Shown: positions 21,588 through 31,727, numbered from the whole stretch's first letter. The stretch is 60,550 bases of DNA, filler included, from 4 parts of 4 records of this genome joined end to end with filler, not necessarily neighbours in it; one strand, 5' to 3'. Numbers and translations: made by a program. Notes: generated from the sequence alone by a model not told the origin.

Positions 21588-22874
21588 ATGGCGGGGTGGG
21601 CGATCCTTGTCTTTGTGCTGGTCGCTCTGGCGGCAGGTGGCGCGATTGCATATGTCATCGGGGCGGGCTCGGTCCTGACCTTCGTGGCGCTGGGGCAGGC
21701 CGATTACCTTGCCATCCTGCCGCAACGTATGTTCAGCCAGTTGGATGTCTTTGCCTTCCTCGCCATGCCGCTGTTTATCCTTACAGGCGAGTTGATGAAC
21801 CGGGGTGGCATTGCCAATGCGCTGATCGATTTTTCCATGTCGATCGTCGGGAGGCTGAAGGGCGGTCTGGGGCATGTGAACATCCTGACCTCGGTGTTTT
21901 TTGCTGGGATCAGCGGGTCGGCCGCGGCCGATGCGGCGGCGCTGTCGAACACGCTGGTGCCGCAGATGGTGCGGCAGGGCTATTCGCTTAACTATGCGGC
22001 GGCGGTCACCGCTGCCTCGTCGATCATCGGGCCGATCATTCCGCCCTCGATCATCCTGATTTTCTATGGCGCGCTGATGAATGTGCCCATCGCCGCGCTG
22101 TTTGCCGCCGGGGTGCTGCCGGGGCTGATGCTGGCAGGCGTGCTGCTGGTGGTGAACGGCATCTATGCCCATGTGCAGGATCATCCCGGCGGGCGCGACG
22201 CCGATCTGCCGCCGTTCTCGCCCAGCCTGGTCAAGGCGCTGCCAGCGCTGCTGCTGCCCGTCATCATCTTGGCCGGTGTTCTGTTCGGCTATGCCACGCC
22301 CGCCGAATCCGCAGCCGTCGCCGTATTTGCAGCGCTGGTTATCGGCTTTGCCTATCGCGAGCTTGACCTTGCCAAGCTGCGACTTGCCGCCGAACGCACT
22401 CTGATGCTGCTGGGGGCAATTTTTATCATCCTCTGCGCAATCTCGGCCTTCAGCTATATTACCGCTCTGGCGCAATGGCCGCAGCGTATCTCGGCCTTTG
22501 TGGTCGGTCAGGGCTTTGACAAGGTGGAATACCTGCTGGTCATTAATCTTGTCTTCCTGCTGGCCGGGATGGTGATGGACGTCAAGGCTGCAGTGGCGCT
22601 TTTGGCGCCGATCTTTGTGCCCGTGGCGGTCACGCTTGGCGTCGATCCGGTGCATCTGGGCATTGTTATCTGTTTCAACATCACTGTTGGCCTGCTGTCG
22701 CCTCCTCTGGGCGGGGTGATCCTTATCATCTCGACTGTGACGGGGGCGAATTACTGGCAACTGATCAAGGCGACGCTGCCGTTCTTTCTGGTCGAGGTGG
22801 CGCTGCTGGCAGTGCTGGTGGCGGTGCCCGCGATTTCTCTGACCCTGCCGCAATGGCTAGGCCTTTTACCCTGA
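21588..22874 (+). CDS. dctM: TRAP transporter large permease
   Basis: AMPLFILTGELMNRGG, FAGISGSAAAD, IIPPSI and DPVHLG. Confidence 0.93.
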   Translation: MAGWAILVFVLVALAAGGAIAYVIGAGSVLTFVALGQADYLAILPQRMFSQLDVFAFLAMPLFILTGELMNRGGIANALIDFSMSIVGRLKGGLGHVNILTSVFFAGISGSAAADAAALSNTLVPQMVRQGYSLNYAAAVTAASSIIGPIIPPSIILIFYGALMNVPIAALFAAGVLPGLMLAGVLLVVNGIYAHVQDHPGGRDADLPPFSPSLVKALPALLLPVIILAGVLFGYATPAESAAVAVFAALVIGFAYRELDLAKLRLAAERTLMLLGAIFIILCAISAFSYITALAQWPQRISAFVVGQGFDKVEYLLVINLVFLLAGMVMDVKAAVALLAPIFVPVAVTLGVDPVHLGIVICFNITVGLLSPPLGGVILIISTVTGANYWQLIKATLPFFLVEVALLAVLVAVPAISLTLPQWLGLLP

Positions 22875-22895
22875 CAAACCCTTGGGAGGACCGAA

Positions 22896-23882
22896 ATGAA
22901 ACACCTGAAACTAACTCTTTCTGCCTTGGCTCTTTTGGGCACGCTGGCGCTGCCCGCGATGGCCGACACCATCAAGATCGCCATGAACGGTGCCGAAGAT
23001 CTGGAGACCAATTCCGAATACGCCTTTATCGTGGGCTTCCGTGATGCGCTTGCCGGATCGGGATTCGAGGTCGAGGTCTTCCCCTCGGACTCGCTCGGCG
23101 GTGAAAAGGAACGTCTGGGCCAGACCGGGCAAGGGTTGGTGCAGATCAACCTTGCCGCCGCCACCGCGCCCGCCTCGATCAGCCCAATGCTGCGCGGCCT
23201 CATCATGCCCTTCATGTTCCAAAGCGCCGCCGAACTGGATGCGGTGACGGCCAAGACCGATCTTTTGGACCAGATCAACGCCCCCCTTATCGAAAACGGC
23301 CTGCGCGTAGCCGCCTTTACTCAGCGTGGTCTGGACGCAGGCATTTTCAACTCGAAAAAACCCGTCGCCATGCTCGACGACCTGGCCGACCTGCGAATGC
23401 GTGCGCTGAACAAGGGGCAGGTAGCCTTCTTTCAGGTGCTCGGTGTGCAATCCACCGTCGTCGCATGGGGCGAGGTCGCCAACGCATTGCAAACCGGGAT
23501 CGTCGATGGCTATGTGAACCCGCCGAACTCGGCCCTGCGTACCGGGCATACCCAATACCTCAAACACTACACCCCGGCGGCGCTGGCCCCCTCGGTGCGC
23601 GCTGTCGTAGTATCTGAAGACTGGTGGAGCGGCCTGTCCGACGCCGATCGCACCACGATCCAATCGGCGATCGATGCAGGCACCGCCGCCAATCGCGCGT
23701 GGGTTCAGGACTGGTCCGGCAAGGTGCAGGCGCTCTTTGACGAGGCTGGCGTGACCGTGACCGAACTGGCCCCAGGCGAGCGGGAAAAGATGCTGGCCCT
23801 GTCCGAGGTTGTGCATAAGAAAGTCATGTCTGAAAGCGATCTTGCCGCCTATGCCGCCGCGCTGGCGCAGGTCCGCAACTGA
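22896..23882 (+). CDS. dctP: TRAP transporter substrate-binding protein
   Basis: GGAGG RBS; signal peptide; VEVFPSDSLGGE, LRMR and ALQTGIVDG. Confidence 0.92.
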   Translation: MKHLKLTLSALALLGTLALPAMADTIKIAMNGAEDLETNSEYAFIVGFRDALAGSGFEVEVFPSDSLGGEKERLGQTGQGLVQINLAAATAPASISPMLRGLIMPFMFQSAAELDAVTAKTDLLDQINAPLIENGLRVAAFTQRGLDAGIFNSKKPVAMLDDLADLRMRALNKGQVAFFQVLGVQSTVVAWGEVANALQTGIVDGYVNPPNSALRTGHTQYLKHYTPAALAPSVRAVVVSEDWWSGLSDADRTTIQSAIDAGTAANRAWVQDWSGKVQALFDEAGVTVTELAPGEREKMLALSEVVHKKVMSESDLAAYAAALAQVRN

Positions 23883-23901
23883 CGCGCGCGGGGGGTAAAC
23901 C

Positions 23902-24390
23902 ATGAAACGCGCGATCATCCGAACAAGCGATCTGGTCGATGCCGCCTTGTTGCGTGTCGCCATTGTGGCGCTGGCATTGCTGGTCGGCACGGTCGTATTG
24001 CAGGTGGTCGCGCGTTATGTCTTTTTCCAGCCCCCTGTGTGGACCGAGGAAATTGCCCGCTACCTGATGATCTGGGCGGGGCTTTTGGGCGCGACATTGG
24101 CCTTCAAACGCCACTTCGACCCGGCGATATTTCAGCCCAAGATGGGGCCGCGCGCGCAGCGGTTGGTTCTGACGATCCAATCGGTCGCGATCCTGATTTT
24201 CGTGCTGCCCGCGTTGTTTTACTGCTTTGTAGGGCCGGGGCTACGGGTGACGCGTGGCTTTCTAATGCGCCACTCGAAAACCTATTCCGAAACGCTGGAT
24301 ATCGCCACGATCTATGTGGCGGTGGCGGTGCCCTTGGCGCTGGCCGTGATCCTGCTGCACCTCGCCGCCCGCTGGGCAGGCGAGACCTAA
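23902..24390 (+). CDS. dctQ: TRAP transporter small permease
   Basis: QVVARYVF...WTEEIARYLMIW; four TM segments. Confidence 0.9.
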   Translation: MKRAIIRTSDLVDAALLRVAIVALALLVGTVVLQVVARYVFFQPPVWTEEIARYLMIWAGLLGATLAFKRHFDPAIFQPKMGPRAQRLVLTIQSVAILIFVLPALFYCFVGPGLRVTRGFLMRHSKTYSETLDIATIYVAVAVPLALAVILLHLAARWAGET

Positions 24391-24411
24391 AAACCGCTAA
24401 AGGGCTAAGCC

Positions 24412-25851
24412 ATGGCCGACTATGATCTGATCTTTCGCAACGCCCGCCTGATCGACGGCAGCGGCGGCCCGTCCGTCACTGGCGATCTGGCGATCACAGG
24501 CGACCGGATCGTGGCGATGGGGCAATTGGCTGAGGACACCGCCGCCCAAGAGATCGAGTGCGACGATCTGGCGCTTGCACCCGGTTTCATTGACAGTCAT
24601 TGCCACGACGACCGCGCCGTTCTGGAAATGCCGCTGCTGGAACCCAAGGTCAGCCAAGGCGTGACTACCGTTATCAACGGCAATTGCGGGGTCAGCATCG
24701 CCCCGGTTCTGCCCGACCGCCCGCAACCGCCTGCGCCGCTTAGCCTGTTCACCGCACCGGGCACCACGAACTTTCCTGATTTCGGCGCCTATTTCGCCGC
24801 GCTGGAAACCACGCCCACCGCTGTGAACACCGCCTGCCTGTGTGGCCATTCCAACCTGCGCCACGCGGTTATGGACCGGCTGGACCGCGCCGCGACCGCC
24901 GACGAAATCGCTGCAATGTGCGCGCTTCTGGACCAGGCACTTCGGGCCGGGGCCATCGGGCTATCCACCGGGCTTTACTATGCTCCCGCCACCAATGCCC
25001 CCACGGACGAGGTGATTGCCATCGCCCGCACCCTTGGCCGCCACGATGGGCTTTATGTTACCCATATGCGCAACGAAGAGGATCGCGTGATCGACTCCTT
25101 GCTCGAAACCTTTCGGATCGGGGCCGAGGCCGGTGTGCCCGTGGTCGTGTCGCACCACAAATGCATGAGCAAACCGAACCACGGTAAATCGAAGATCACG
25201 CTCGATCTGATCGACAAGGCGCGCGCCCATCAAAACATCGCGCTGGATGCCTATCCCTACGCCGCCAGTTCCACCATTTTACAGCCTGAGCGCGTCGAAA
25301 AATGCGACCGGGTGGTGATCACATGGTCCGATGTAATGCCCGATGCCTCGGGGCGCGATCTGGCCGAAATCGCCGCCGAAATGGGCTGCACCCCGCGCCA
25401 AGCGGCCGAGCGGCTGATGCCCGGCGGTGCCGTTTATTTCCAGATGAGTGAAGAGGACGTGCGCCGTATTCTCAGCTATCCTGACACGATGATTGGCTCG
25501 GACGGGATCGTGCACGATAAACACCCCCATCCCCGCGCATGGGGCACGTTCCCACGGGTGCTGGGGCACTATTGCCGCGATGAAAACCTGTTCGCGCTGG
25601 AAACCGCCGTGCACAAGATGACAGGCCTGACCGCGCGCAATTTCGCCCTGACCGGGCGCGGGGTGCTGGCACCGGGCAACTTTGCCGATCTGGTGCTTTT
25701 TGACCCGGCCACCATCATCGACATCGGCGATTTCGCCGACCCCTGCCGCCCCGCCAAAGGGATCAAGCGGGTTTATGCCAACGGTGTCTGCATTTGGCTG
25801 CAAGGGCAGCCCACCGGTGCGCGTCCTGGTCGACCATTGCGGCGCACTTAG
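24412..25851 (+). CDS. N-acyl-D-amino-acid deacylase (D-aminoacylase family)
   Basis: PGFIDSHCHDD, GNCG, HMRNE, SHHK, IGSDG and PHPRAWGTFPRVLG. Confidence 0.92.
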   Translation: MADYDLIFRNARLIDGSGGPSVTGDLAITGDRIVAMGQLAEDTAAQEIECDDLALAPGFIDSHCHDDRAVLEMPLLEPKVSQGVTTVINGNCGVSIAPVLPDRPQPPAPLSLFTAPGTTNFPDFGAYFAALETTPTAVNTACLCGHSNLRHAVMDRLDRAATADEIAAMCALLDQALRAGAIGLSTGLYYAPATNAPTDEVIAIARTLGRHDGLYVTHMRNEEDRVIDSLLETFRIGAEAGVPVVVSHHKCMSKPNHGKSKITLDLIDKARAHQNIALDAYPYAASSTILQPERVEKCDRVVITWSDVMPDASGRDLAEIAAEMGCTPRQAAERLMPGGAVYFQMSEEDVRRILSYPDTMIGSDGIVHDKHPHPRAWGTFPRVLGHYCRDENLFALETAVHKMTGLTARNFALTGRGVLAPGNFADLVLFDPATIIDIGDFADPCRPAKGIKRVYANGVCIWLQGQPTGARPGRPLRRT

Positions 25852-25971
25852 CAGATAACTCGATCAAGTATCAGTTCTGCCGGCTTTGTCAGAGGCACTT
25901 TGCTTTAGGCACAGAGCACTGGCGAAGCCTTCGTCTGGCGGCCTCTTACGTTCAATACGTCGCGCTTGACG

Positions 25972-26898
25972 CTATTGCTGTGCTTTCAAGGCCCGTTTCA
26001 AAGACGCCGCGCAAGAAAACCCGCACAGTGCTGCTGCATCTGCTGCAGAAATCCCTTGTTGAAACATAAGCTCGCGCGCCCTTGCCAGGCGCATATGCTG
26101 GTAGGTTTTGCCTGGGGGTAGCCCCAGTTCGGCTGTAAACAGGCGCGCCATGCTGCGCAGTGTCAGCCCTGCTGTGGCGGCGATCTGGGGCAAGGGGCGG
26201 GGCTTTTCTATTGTGGTGGCCATGAGATCCAGTACTTTGCGAATACGTGGGTTGGGATGAGAAGGCAAACCACCAAAGCCATCATCGGCCGCGCCTGTAA
26301 GACGTGGTGCGTTTAAAAACATTGACGCGGCATCAAAGCGGGCCGCCGCGCCGAACCGCTGCGTAATTTCTTGCAAAACCAGTTCCATCGCCCCCGCCGC
26401 GCTGCCGCAGCTCAGCCATTTGCCGTCGCTGGCAAAGGGGGCCGCTACGCGGTTTACCTTTGGAAATCGGTCAGCGAATTCGTCGAGTAGTTGCCAGTGC
26501 AAGGTCGCCTGCCGCCCCTCCAGATACCCAGCCGAGGCCAGCAACCACGCCCCTGTATCGGCGGCGATCACCGTTTTGGCGCGGTGCGCTGTCATAAGCG
26601 CGCGGCGGGTGGCTGGCTGGCCTGCATCCCGTCGGAACCTGTCGCCGCCGATCACGATCAGTAGATCGCAGGCCCCTGCCTGCGACACTGGGCAATCGGG
26701 GGTCAGTGACAGCCCGCTGGACGATGCGACAGGGCCATCACTTGGGGTCAGGATGGCCCAGGTAATGGCCGCGCCATGTTCATCGCGCACCACGCGCAAT
26801 GGTTCCAGCAGGCAGGCCAAAACCATGTTCGAAAACGCCTCGAACAGCAGGATGTTGATCCGCAGCGCGGGCGCGGTCTTTGGCAGAATCGGTGTCAT
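25972..26898 (-). CDS. GlxA family AraC transcriptional regulator
   Basis: N-terminal DJ-1/amidase-like domain (EPLR, ASSSGL, TGAWLLA, ATLHW) plus C-terminal AraC HTH. Confidence 0.9.
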   Translation of the reverse strand: MTPILPKTAPALRINILLFEAFSNMVLACLLEPLRVVRDEHGAAITWAILTPSDGPVASSSGLSLTPDCPVSQAGACDLLIVIGGDRFRRDAGQPATRRALMTAHRAKTVIAADTGAWLLASAGYLEGRQATLHWQLLDEFADRFPKVNRVAAPFASDGKWLSCGSAAGAMELVLQEITQRFGAAARFDAASMFLNAPRLTGAADDGFGGLPSHPNPRIRKVLDLMATTIEKPRPLPQIAATAGLTLRSMARLFTAELGLPPGKTYQHMRLARARELMFQQGISAADAAALCGFSCAASLKRALKAQQ

Positions 26899-26970
26899 GA
26901 TTGGCAGCTTCGGTGATTTTGCGCCCATTCGCTATACCGCATCCTGTCCGAAACGCTATGGAGAGCCGCC

Positions 26971-29451
26971 ATGCCCGACCGCCCCCTTTCCCATATCCGC
27001 GTGCTGGATTTCGGCCATTACCTGGCAGGCCCGATGGTGGGCATGATGCTGGCCGATCTGGGGGCCGAGGTGATCCGGATTGATCCGCCCGGCGGGCCGC
27101 GCTGGCGTGATCCTGCGTTTGACATGCTCTCACGCGGCAAGCGGTCTTTGGTGCTGGATCTGAAAACCGATGCAGGGCGGCAAACCGCGTTGGATATGGT
27201 CGCGCGCGCCGATGTGGTGATCGATAATTTCCGCCCCGGCGTGATGGCGCGGCTGGGGCTTGGCCCCGCGGGCCTTCGCGCGGCGAACCCTGGTATCGTG
27301 TCGCTGTCGCTGCCCGGCTTTGCCTCGGCCGACCCCGAATTGGCCGGGTTGGCCGCGTGGGAGGCAGTGATTGCGGCCCGCACGGGGCAGTTCACCGATA
27401 TGGGGTTGAACCGGCAATTGATGGGGATCAATCCGTCTTTCACGCCGCTTGGGCTGGCGTCGGCCTATGGTGCGGCGTTCGGCGCGATGGCGGTGCTGTT
27501 TGCGCTTGGTGCCCGCGACCGGATGGGCGGCGATCATATCGAGGTGCCGCTGGCCTCGGCGCTCTTCGAAGGGCTGGTCTATAATTGCCAGCAGGTTCAG
27601 GACTATCCCGCGCGCTACAAATCCCCGCGCGAGGTGGAACTGGACCGGCGCCGCGCGGGCGGCCTGCCGCTGGACCTGAGCTATGCCGATTTGGGCGCGT
27701 TTCTTGACCCGTTTTATCGCACCTATACCTGCGCCGATGGGCGGGGTTTCTATGTGGTGTCCTGTTCGATCAAAACGCACCCGCGCCGGGTGTTGCATGT
27801 GCTGGGGTTGCAGGATCTGGCGGCTAGCCTGCCTGATTTTGACGCTTATCTGGACCAAAAAGACTGGCCCGATGACTGGGCGATGCGCAACTATCCGGTC
27901 GGGGATCGTGACCGCAAGCGCGTATCGGATGCGATGCAGGCGGTGTTTCTAACCCGGCCCTCGTGGGAGTGGGAGGCGATTTTTGGCGCGGCCAAGGCCC
28001 CGGCCAGCGCGCAGCGCAGCACGGCGGAGTGGTTGGCCGATCCGCATGCGCTGGCCTCGGGGTTGGTGTTGACGGTGGATGACCCGCGCCATGGGCCGAT
28101 GCGGCAGATGGGCAATCTGGCATGGCTACTGGATGATGCAGGCGCGATGCGCAAACACCCCGGCCCGGTGGTGGATGAGTTTCGCGCCGATCTGCCCGCA
28201 TTGCTGGCCGAAAGCCCCCGCGCCGCACCGCAGGGCAGGGGCCAGGGCGGCTGGCTGGACGGGCTGCGCGTGGTGGACCTGACCAATGTGATCGCAGGCC
28301 CCACCATCGGCGCAACGCTGGCGCGGTTCGGGGCGCAGGTGACGTCGGTGCAGCCGGTCAGCCCCTCGGTCGATCCGTGGAATGCGATCGTTTTTGGCAT
28401 GCACGCCCATCGCGGCAAGGAAAGCGTGCTGCTGGATCTAAGCTGCGATGCGGGCCGCGCGGCGCTAAAGCGGTTGATCGCGGGGGCCGATGTGTTCACG
28501 ATGAACGGCACCGATGAACAGCGCGACGCGCTTGGCCTGTCGCCCGAAAGGCTGACGGCGCTGAACCCGCGCGCGATCCTTGTGCAGCTCGATGCCTGGG
28601 GCGGGCCGATGCGGGGGCCGAAATCGGATCATCTGGGCTATGACGATCTGGCGCAGGCGGCGACCGGTGTGATGGTGCGCTTTGGCGGCGGGCCGGACAC
28701 GCCCGAGGAACACGCCCATTTCGGCACGATCGACGCGCTGACAGGCTATGCCGCCTGCGTCGCCCTTGGTGCGGCGCTGGAACGGCGGCGGTTGACCGGA
28801 AAGGGCGGCGTGGCCCGCGCGGCGCTGGCCGGGTGTGGTGCGATGATCCAGGCGCAGTTCATGTATGATTTTGACGGGCGCGGGCCGTTCGATGAACCCG
28901 CCGGGCGGCAGGCGCGGGGCTGGGGGCCGTTCTATCACTGCTACCGGGCCACGGATGGTTGGATGTTTTTTGCCGCCCCGACCGAGCGCGCCGCAGCGCT
29001 GGCCCGCGTGCCGGAACTGGCCGATTTGGCGGGGGTGGCAGAGGGTGGATTGGCCGTGGCGCTGGCCGACCGCTTTGCCGCCCATCCCATCGCCCATTGG
29101 CAGGCGCGCTTTGCGGATGGGTCGTCAGCGGTCGTGCCGCTGGGCTCGCTGTCGGAAAATCGCGATAAAAACCTGCACCTTGAAAGCAACGGCCCCGCCG
29201 ATATCCGCCACGCCACCTATCGCGCGATCCGGCATGACCAGCACCCGATGGGCCGCTGGGTTGATCTGGTGGCGCCCAATGCGGTGCGCCCCGACCGCGC
29301 CGCGATCACCATCCCCGGCCATGCGCCCAAACCCGGCGCGCAAACGCGGGCGATCCTGTCGCAGATCGGGCTGACACAGGCCGAGATCACGGCCATGATA
29401 GACACAGGCACCGCCGCAACGGGCTGGTCTGACAAATACCTGCCGGAGTAA
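26971..29451 (+). CDS. two-domain family III CoA transferase/lyase, DddD-like (826 aa)
   Basis: Two tandem CaiB domains (DFGHYLAGP; DLTNVIAGP); FTDMGLNR..MGINPSF motif; Asp retained only in the C-terminal domain (HAHFGTID, residue 588). Confidence 0.88.
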   Translation: MPDRPLSHIRVLDFGHYLAGPMVGMMLADLGAEVIRIDPPGGPRWRDPAFDMLSRGKRSLVLDLKTDAGRQTALDMVARADVVIDNFRPGVMARLGLGPAGLRAANPGIVSLSLPGFASADPELAGLAAWEAVIAARTGQFTDMGLNRQLMGINPSFTPLGLASAYGAAFGAMAVLFALGARDRMGGDHIEVPLASALFEGLVYNCQQVQDYPARYKSPREVELDRRRAGGLPLDLSYADLGAFLDPFYRTYTCADGRGFYVVSCSIKTHPRRVLHVLGLQDLAASLPDFDAYLDQKDWPDDWAMRNYPVGDRDRKRVSDAMQAVFLTRPSWEWEAIFGAAKAPASAQRSTAEWLADPHALASGLVLTVDDPRHGPMRQMGNLAWLLDDAGAMRKHPGPVVDEFRADLPALLAESPRAAPQGRGQGGWLDGLRVVDLTNVIAGPTIGATLARFGAQVTSVQPVSPSVDPWNAIVFGMHAHRGKESVLLDLSCDAGRAALKRLIAGADVFTMNGTDEQRDALGLSPERLTALNPRAILVQLDAWGGPMRGPKSDHLGYDDLAQAATGVMVRFGGGPDTPEEHAHFGTIDALTGYAACVALGAALERRRLTGKGGVARAALAGCGAMIQAQFMYDFDGRGPFDEPAGRQARGWGPFYHCYRATDGWMFFAAPTERAAALARVPELADLAGVAEGGLAVALADRFAAHPIAHWQARFADGSSAVVPLGSLSENRDKNLHLESNGPADIRHATYRAIRHDQHPMGRWVDLVAPNAVRPDRAAITIPGHAPKPGAQTRAILSQIGLTQAEITAMIDTGTAATGWSDKYLPE

Positions 29452-29455
29452 GCGC

Positions 29456-31090
29456 ATGACAACCGAAGGCCCCGGCCCCGCGATCACCCCCCGCACCCGC
29501 GCCCGTGCGCGGCACATCCTGGACCATTACTATATCGGGCCGGCGCGAGATCCGCAGGTGCTGGAAATCTGGGGCTATACCCCGCGCATGAGCTATGCGC
29601 CGGGCGATGAGGTGGTGCTGCATGTCTCGACCACTGCCGAGAGTTGGTCGTTCGAGGTGGGCCGCGATGGTGCGACATACGAGCCGCTGCTGCGTGTCGG
29701 TGACCTGCCGGGCAGGCATTACGACACACCTGCCGATTGTTCGGTTGCTGGCTGCAACTGGCCTGAAAGCACCCGCTTTATCGTGCCCGAGGGCTGGCGC
29801 CCCGGTGGCTACCTGATCACCCTGACCGCCGAACGGGGTGGCGACCGGGTCGAGGAACACCACCTGATCCTGATCCGCCGCGCCCCCCACCTACCGCGCA
29901 CGCCCTATGTGCTGGTCTGCGCCACGGGCACGTGGCTGGCCTATAACTGCTGGGGTGGGTCGAACCATTACGAAGGGATCACCGGGCCCGAGGGCAACGA
30001 ATTTTCGCCCGTTGTCTCCACCCAGCGGCCTTGGACGCGGGGGTTTTGCAAACTGCCCGCAGGCGCGCCGCGCGCGCTATCGGATCAGCCCCCGAAACAT
30101 GGCGAGATGACGCGCTATCCTTACATGGAATGGGCCTATGCCTATGGCTATTCCAAGAAATATGCATCAAGTGGGTGGGCCAGCTATGAACGCCCCTTCG
30201 TCCGCTGGGCGGAAAGCGCGGGCTATGATCTAGACTTTTGCACCCAGCACGATCTGGACGCCGACCCGGGCCGCCTGACTGGCCATGCCTGCGCGATCTT
30301 TGTGGGGCACGATGAATACTGGAGCGCGCCGATGCGCGACGCGGTGGATGCTTATGTCGATGCGGGCGGGCGCGTGGCGCGGTTTGCGGGCAATTTCCTG
30401 TGGCAAACGCGGCTGGGCGACGGGAGCCGCACCCAGACCTGCTATAAATACCTGGCCGCGCGTGACCCGATGGCCGCCGGCCCCACCCCCCACCTGACCA
30501 CCGCCGCGTGGGAGGTCGCGCCAGTGGATCGCCCCGGCGCGCTGACATTCGGCGTCAACGCGTTGCGCGGGGTCTATGCTGGGCTGGGGCGCTGCGCGGG
30601 CAATGGGCCGGGTGGGTTTACCGTCTATCGCCCTGATCATTGGGCTTTTGATGGTGCCGGGCTGGGTTATGGCGATGTGCTGGGGGCATCCTCGCGCATC
30701 TTTGGGTATGAGGTCGATGGGCTAGATTATCGTATGGAGGACGGCCTGCCGTTTCCCACCTGCACCGACGGGGCAGTGCCGGACATCACGATACTTGCCA
30801 TGGGGCTGGCCACGAATATCGAGGCCGATACCGGTGTCTGGGGCGAGACGCTTTATATCGGCAGCGCAGATGCGGCGTTTAAAGCGATGGCGCTTTATGG
30901 AGAGATCACGCCCGAAACGCTGGACGCATGCGCGCGCGGCAATGGCATGATCATCCACTGGCCCAAGGGCAAGGGCGAGGTCTTTACCGCCGCCACCTGC
31001 GAATGGGTGGCGGGGCTGATGCGCGGCGATGCGCAGGTCGTGAAAATCACCAAGAATGTGTTGGACAGATTTGGCGGGCAGGCGCCTTAG
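29456..31090 (+). CDS. N,N-dimethylformamidase beta-subunit-like protein
   Basis: GYT..SYAPGD, TWLAYNCWGGSNHY, GHDEYWS, FAGN and GYEVD motifs. Confidence 0.85.
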   Translation: MTTEGPGPAITPRTRARARHILDHYYIGPARDPQVLEIWGYTPRMSYAPGDEVVLHVSTTAESWSFEVGRDGATYEPLLRVGDLPGRHYDTPADCSVAGCNWPESTRFIVPEGWRPGGYLITLTAERGGDRVEEHHLILIRRAPHLPRTPYVLVCATGTWLAYNCWGGSNHYEGITGPEGNEFSPVVSTQRPWTRGFCKLPAGAPRALSDQPPKHGEMTRYPYMEWAYAYGYSKKYASSGWASYERPFVRWAESAGYDLDFCTQHDLDADPGRLTGHACAIFVGHDEYWSAPMRDAVDAYVDAGGRVARFAGNFLWQTRLGDGSRTQTCYKYLAARDPMAAGPTPHLTTAAWEVAPVDRPGALTFGVNALRGVYAGLGRCAGNGPGGFTVYRPDHWAFDGAGLGYGDVLGASSRIFGYEVDGLDYRMEDGLPFPTCTDGAVPDITILAMGLATNIEADTGVWGETLYIGSADAAFKAMALYGEITPETLDACARGNGMIIHWPKGKGEVFTAATCEWVAGLMRGDAQVVKITKNVLDRFGGQAP

Positions 31091-31225
31091 ACCCAGTTGG
31101 GCAGCTATGCCGTGCCACCCATTACGCCAGCCGGCCTAAAGCAGGCCGGCCTCTTGCAGCACTTTACGTGCCACGCGAAAGCACTCCAGCCGGTCTTGTC
31201 AGAAGAACTTTGCTTGAGACAGGGC

Positions 31226-31325
31226 NNNNNNNNNNNNNNNNNNNNNNNNNNNNNNNNNNNNNNNNNNNNTTAATTAATTAANNNNNNNNNNNNNNNNNNN
31301 NNNNNNNNNNNNNNNNNNNNNNNNN
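31226..31325. other. artificial contig linker
   Basis: N-run with TTAATTAATTAA at 31270-31281. Confidence 0.97.
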
Positions 31326-31727
31326 CATTCCACCCACCCTATATTTCTACAGGTTAAAAAAGTGATAAAAGTGTAACCAAAATCCAGGAAAGCCCTTGGT
31401 CGACATGCGGGCCGTCACTACAAGTCTAACACCCGAACTCGCAAATTCATACTGCATAAAAACAAACGGACAGTAAACCCCGAATCAACGGCCGGTAAAT
31501 CGGGATAATCGTGAGGAGGTGACCATAAATGTATTTTCAGCTGCCCTCGTTGTTTAAGGTGGACGCTGAGAGAATTTCTGCCGCCTGCACTTGTGCCAGG
31601 CCCTGAGGTCTTGAACTCGATGGCCGCAAGTCCTGCGGAATTGCTCCCGGCAGGACTTCCGGCATTGAACCAAAGAAACGTGAATATTACGAATCGTGAT
31701 GTCGGTTAAGAGCCGAAGCTTGTATTT

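Noticed and set aside
26971-29451. Assigning the symbol dddD (confirmed DMSP lyase)
   Set aside because: The architecture fits but the context differs from characterised ddd loci, and substrate cannot be determined from sequence
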